Under the pieces are notes generated by a model. That model was not told the origin of the DNA and did not search any database. It saw only the letters and a program-made list of their open reading frames with translations. This document shows positions 58,924 through 64,000 of a stretch of DNA of 64,000 nucleotides, in pieces. The position numbers were made by a program, and so were the translations under genes. Origin of the DNA: Basidiobolus meristosporus CBS 931.73 (taxonomy: Eukaryota > Fungi > Basidiobolomycota); NCBI GenBank assembly GCA_002104905.1, contig MCFE01000249.1, positions 1 through 64,000 on the forward strand. Reading direction: 5' to 3'. How positions within the stretch are numbered: the first letter of the stretch is position 1; each line of letters starts with the position of its first letter.

Positions 58924-61567
58924 TCAAAATGTTTCCGTCATCATTGGGATCATGGGCTCCACGTAGATTGCCTCCGTGCTAGATGCGGAATTACTCTCGA
59001 CATCCCCTGCTGGTTTGTCCTCAACGTGGTCTGAAGGCGGTTTGGCGGGAAATCCGTGATCCCGAATGTGTTCCCAAGTACTGATATTTTTCTTGACGTT
59101 TTCGATGCAGTAAGCCATTTCTATGGGATTGATGGGTAAGTATTTCAATGCAACAATCGGCTAAAGTCTATATGACATGCATACCTGGGATCAGCTCACC
59201 AAATATCTCAAATAGTGGAAGTGCTAGTTTGCTAATGAACTCGACCTGACCATTTGCAAGTGCAGTGTCCGTTTGCTCTGGATTCATATTGATGGGATAT
59301 CCCATTCTCTTCTCAAGAAAAGCCTGAAGAAACCCATTTAAGAAGGCGTCATCTGCTACGTACCAATCGAATGTCGCTTACCTGATCACGAAACTCCTTC
59401 ATCAGACACTCGGTCCATCTTGATGCAACATGGAAAGAACGGGCCTGAAAAAGTGACAATGAGTTTTCGTCACTACATCGACTTCATCGTATGAATACCT
59501 ACCGCATTGCTAATATCTGAACACTTTAGAATAGCCGAGCAAAAATATAGCTTCTCTTGGTTCAGATTCAATCCACCATTAGATCCCAGACGCCTGTTTT
59601 GTTCCGTAAAGATTGTGATATAATCAAAGTGAGCACTCATATCAGTTGCCAGTATTGAGTTCACAACCAGTTGACGAAAATCTGTGAAAGAAGCACCAAA
59701 ATAGCTTATTAATCACTGTCATTTGAAAAGCGCTAGGGTATATGGGTACCTTTAAACTCGGGTGTGGATATATCACCGAAAAAGTTGAACTCATACTTCT
59801 TCATGAGCAGGAATAAAGATGTAGTATGATAATTCTCGAGAACTGCCTTATCATTGTACAGAAGAGCTAAAGGAGTCTGTGCGTTGATCATGTAAGCGTT
59901 ATTTACTCCAGGATGGCCCAGATCATGGGCTAAGCTTGCGACCATCAGAGCGAAAACGTCATTAGGACTCAATAGCTGCTGTATACGGCATTTGGCTTGA
60001 TCGCTGTGATTGTCAAAGTGTGAGGACCCTCCATCAGGGCGGCCGATCAACCCGGTGCTTCTTAGTATATAGTAGGTGCACTGAAGGACGTCCACAGCAT
60101 GATAAAAGTTGTGATACGGATTTGGGTTGCAGTAGGCCGCACGAATAGCAAGGATAAAACGGTGAAGCATTTCTGTCCAGGAAAAGTTAATGGCGAAGTT
60201 GTCGTAGCCGTCAAACTTATACGACCTACCATCAGAAACAGAGACGCTCTTTAGCCCTTTCACTGCCAAACAATCTTCGAAAGCGATCAAAATGCAGCGA
60301 AGCAGATCATCTTCTGAGTAATCATACGGGCAAAAGTCCCAGCTAGCGTACTGCTGTCGTAAGTACGACATGCGTTCTTGCGAGGATATAGTGTCTAATC
60401 TGCAAGGACATTAGCTACACTTTGTTTGAGCATTGTGATGTGATATCACAGCTTCCATTACCTAGGAAAATTGGCAACATTGATATGATGAAACGGAGGA
60501 GCATAGTGGTTGATGATCATCTCCTCAAGCCTGCAAAGAAAGTCCGGTTATTTAGTCATCGAAATGATGACAGCAATCGTTGTTCAACGTTACCATTCAT
60601 CACGAGAGAAGGCAGTGTGGAGTCTTTCCTCGATATCGCGAAGATCTCCCTCACGAATGCTCAATCTGGACACCTTATCCATCGCTTCATCACAACTATC
60701 AGGTGAATACATAGGCCTCTTGTGCTTTGTTGAATTCTAAGATGAAGAATGAATACCGGTATGAGATGAATAGATTTGGGTTTTATACTCACCAGCCACA
60801 ATGTCTTGATCACCTGTGTCGATACAGGTTTGATTAGATAATCCACAGCACCAAGGTCTAGACAAGTTGTCATCAACTGTGGTGAATCGTTTCGTGATAT
60901 GACTAGATAATGATTGTTAACAAGACTATTGTGGTTGTGTCGCCAGAATCACTCTACCTATGGGAGTAACATTGGAGATAATTCCAAGGTCTAACTCTTT
61001 GAGGACCACTTTCAAAAGCTCGACACCGTATAGGATATTATCCTTAACAATGTCCATAGGGGTGTTACTACGAACCGGGGAATGAATATCATCATAAAGA
61101 CTGTTTGAGGTGTGGTGGTCCAAATCGATTAGGAGAATGATATTTCCGAATTGACCTGAGGGCAAATTGTGTAGATAAGACATAGCAGCATTTCCGGAAG
61201 TAACCGCCGTCACTAAGAGATAGGTGCGTGAGCATATGGAGAAGAATGGTGTCGGAAAACAAATCAGGGTACCTTGTTTGTAAGAGTCTAAAAGCTGCTG
61301 GATAAACTCAGCAGCTCCGTGGCACTCACGCTTCCAGGATTTCTGACTTCCGGACTCGTTTGCATACTCACAGGAGTCGTAACTTATTTGGTGCTCCTCA
61401 ACTGTGGGTGAGGGCTGTGGGGAGCCGTAAGGGGTTATGTGATAAGTGCCAGCCAAATAAACACTATCTACTAATAGAATTGCACAATCGTTCAACCCCG
61501 GAGTGGGGAGAGTGGTCGTGGGTGGTGAAGGAGGGGACCGGTCACGTCGCAAGAAAGACAAACGCAT
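58924..61567 (-). CDS. Class I cAMP phosphodiesterase with N-terminal response-regulator receiver domain (multi-exon)
   Basis: Receiver: ILLVDS, ILLIDL, PI|VCS, CLDLGAVDYLIKP. Catalytic: NPYHNFYHAVDVLQ, HDLGHPGVNN, ILATDM, ILKCSDISN, GQVEFI. Confidence 0.9.
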
Positions 61568-62193
61568 TTGTAAAAGTCAGGACGGAATCTGAAGAGTTCT
61601 TTTGCAGTAGAGAGATTCGATACAAACAATAATATGTGGGATACAGTGAGAATAGGCGGGAAAACTCAAAGAAAATAGAAAGAAGTAGAAACCAAGCAAC
61701 AGTGTCTAATAGGAAAGAAAAGGAAATGCGCGCTGAAAAGTAGGGACACCAATTTAGGGCACAAACTCTGACACAGTCAGTATTTGCAACCAAGTTTGGA
61801 CTAGAATAAAAAGCTATTCTATGGCTTGGAATCATCATAAATATGACCGGAATGCGAGCTCTAGTTCGATCGTATCCTTACTAATGGATCAGATCCTGGA
61901 GATTAGTACCTCAATCGGATAACCGGCTCCATGCACAATGACCAACGCTGGTGTGTGTATTGTTCGTTACTCTGAATCCATGCACTCCGATTCTTTACTC
62001 TGGAAAGCATACATCCAAGCATGCTAGGCTTGGGGAGGATTCCACGTTTCGCAACATTGATTTTCACTATATCTGGCCAATTCCCTTTTTGGCTTGAATG
62101 GGCGTTCCGAGGCATCTCTATTATTATCATATTTGATCTCACTATTTCCATGTGGAAGTGATGATGTATGGAGGGCCAAGTGTTCAAGCCCAT

Positions 62194-62265
62194 AATTGGC
62201 CAGAAATGAATCGACCTCAGGAACATACCAATTGGCCAGAAATGAATCAGCTTCAGGAACATATC
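62194..62265. repeat. 36-bp imperfect tandem duplication (2 copies)
   Basis: AATTGGCCAGAAATGAATCGACCTCAGGAACATACC then AATTGGCCAGAAATGAATCAGCTTCAGGAACATATC. Confidence 0.9.
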
Positions 62266-63017
62266 AATCTTTCGGGAGAGTAGCTGGAAATTTTCCACCA
62301 CAAACATCAGCTGACCAGGCTCATGAGAATGTATGCAAGCGTCACTCAGTCGCTCTGTGGCAAATGGTATATCTATGTAACGCTATGGTAAAGGCTATAT
62401 CTGCGTGCGATGCACCAATGGCGATACCGAGGAAAATGCACCAATTGTTTCTATTGCTCGACACTGATGGATCGTGATGGGTGGATCAATACCGATTTGT
62501 ACACTCCATGGTACTCAACCTGATATTTTTGGCAACGTTTGGCTATCAATGTTTCCATGCCGGAGCAGATGGCTTAAATCCATATGCCTCAGCAAGTTCA
62601 CAAGCCACGTTGAGCCAGCCACCTTCCTCACTTCTCAAAAAGGCACTCGCTGTTAGCAAGTGATATAACCACCATCCGATTTGGACTAACCACATTTCTA
62701 GCAACGCTCACTTTGATTAGCCAAGTCCCACTCTATGAATCCGTACCTCCTTACTATTGAGCAATCTTGGAAATATCAATGGAGGACACAGTTTGCAGTT
62801 TGCAGCTTAGTGCCGCTTGCTGCACTGCTCATTAAAATCAATGCCCATCACCCGATGATTGGTAGTCACAGGATGATGCTCAAGAGCATAAGTTGACCAA
62901 AAAAGAAAAAAAAATCCGTTGCTTTTTTTTGAATTTTTTTTCTATCATGAATAATATCATTGATTGACATAGAATTTTGCTCAGGATACGCTTCTTTGGT
63001 GAGACGATTCTAACACA

Positions 63018-64000
63018 ATGCCTCGTGATAAACAAAGACGTGGTCGTAGAGGAAAGAAATCCGGCAAGGGAGAGACCCAGGATGCTCCCGAGCAAAACTA
63101 CAACGAGTATGATTCTCGGGGTGCGGCTGAGGAAAGATATGAGCCCACCTCGCAGCAGGAGTACGATGACCCCAACAATTACTATCAAGGGGAAAACGAC
63201 TGGGAAAACCATAATTTCAGCCGTGCACATTACGGTCGCTTAGATCCGGATATCCAACAATATTTCAAAGGTGTAGAATCCAAGCTTGAGAATGATGGTT
63301 TCGAGAATAACGAAGGTTGGAAACATAGGAGTTTTCTGGTATTGTGTTTCAGTAACTCATCTATTTAATTTTAGAACGTGACTTGTTCTTGGAGAACGTG
63401 TACGCTGAAGTAGACAACAAGGAGCTTCAGCTTACCACTGACCACTCTTGCTCTCTAATTCTCGAGAAACTCTTCAAGATTTCCAACGAATTTCAGCTAC
63501 GAGTGTTCTTCAGCAAACTCCCCGGAAAGTACGAGGTTTTTTAAAGAACGTTTCGAGGCACAATAACTGTCGTACTGATGAAGCTTGTTTTCTCGCTTTA
63601 GATTTATTGAGTGCTTTGTTCATCGATTCGCTTCACACGTTTGTCAAACCCTTTTGAGTTTGGCGGCTGGTGTAATGGAGCAAGAGGTAGTGTTTGATTG
63701 GTCGAATAATCCTAAAGCCTGATTCTAATGTCATTTGGAAAACAGCTGAAAGGTGAGAATGTCATTGAAAACGAAAAGAAGGAAGGTGAGGAAAATCCCC
63801 TCCCCTCTATGGAATCCATGTTCTTGGACATGTGTAAGGTATGTCAATCATTGCGGGGATGCTCCTTAAGCTTCTTAGATACTGATACATTTCATCGCCT
63901 AGGAACTACAACCTCACTGGAATTCCTTAATCGCTGATCCATACGCTTCCCACATCATTCGAGTTATCCTTATTATTCTCTCTGGCGAACCCCTGGAGTC
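63018..64000 (+). CDS. NOP9: Nucleolar Pumilio-like protein Nop9, 5' part (runs off the window)
   Basis: MPRDKQRRGRR, YGRLDPDIQQYFK, NVYAEVDNKELQL..CSLILEKL, FVHRFASHVCQTLL, PYASHIIRVIL. Confidence 0.9.

Noticed and set aside
62194-62265. 36-bp repeat as a CRISPR array
   Set aside because: Two directly adjacent copies with no spacer, in a eukaryotic genome with no cas genes.
61903-62307. 134-aa minus-strand ORF upstream of the PDE
   Set aside because: Non-ATG start, atypical composition, and partly explained by the 36-bp duplication.

Overview
Eukaryotic DNA from a fungus with short (about 50-90 nt) GT-AG introns. The gene content (SZT2, Bin3/MEPCE, receiver-domain PDE) points to an early-diverging, non-Dikarya lineage, possibly Basidiobolus-like; this is inference, not a database match. 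Three zones: (1) 1-10.4 kb is an AT-rich, almost CpG-free transposon graveyard with two head-to-head Ty1/copia remnants, five related ~345-bp LTRs (one nested in another with a perfect TTAGG target-site duplication) and a decayed CACTA transposase. (2) 10.7-16.7 kb holds four urate oxidase genes: a divergently transcribed pair of distinct paralogues (A, B), repeated in tandem at about 98-99% identity, with homology ending at the two stop codons. (3) 17.4-64 kb is a dense run of housekeeping and signalling genes: CSL4, RPT5, MOT1, COA3-like, acetyl-CoA acetyltransferase, SZT2, an SP-RING protein, Bin3/MEPCE, PER1, PRP22, PAM16, an SH3-WW RasGEF, SEC2-like, a receiver-domain cAMP phosphodiesterase and the 5' part of NOP9. 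The most interesting candidates are the uricase cassette, the CpG erasure of the repeats (with an apparent AT-ward bias in the TE-proximal uricase copy) and the receiver-PDE. All counts and identities were made by eye, and exon boundaries were inferred manually.
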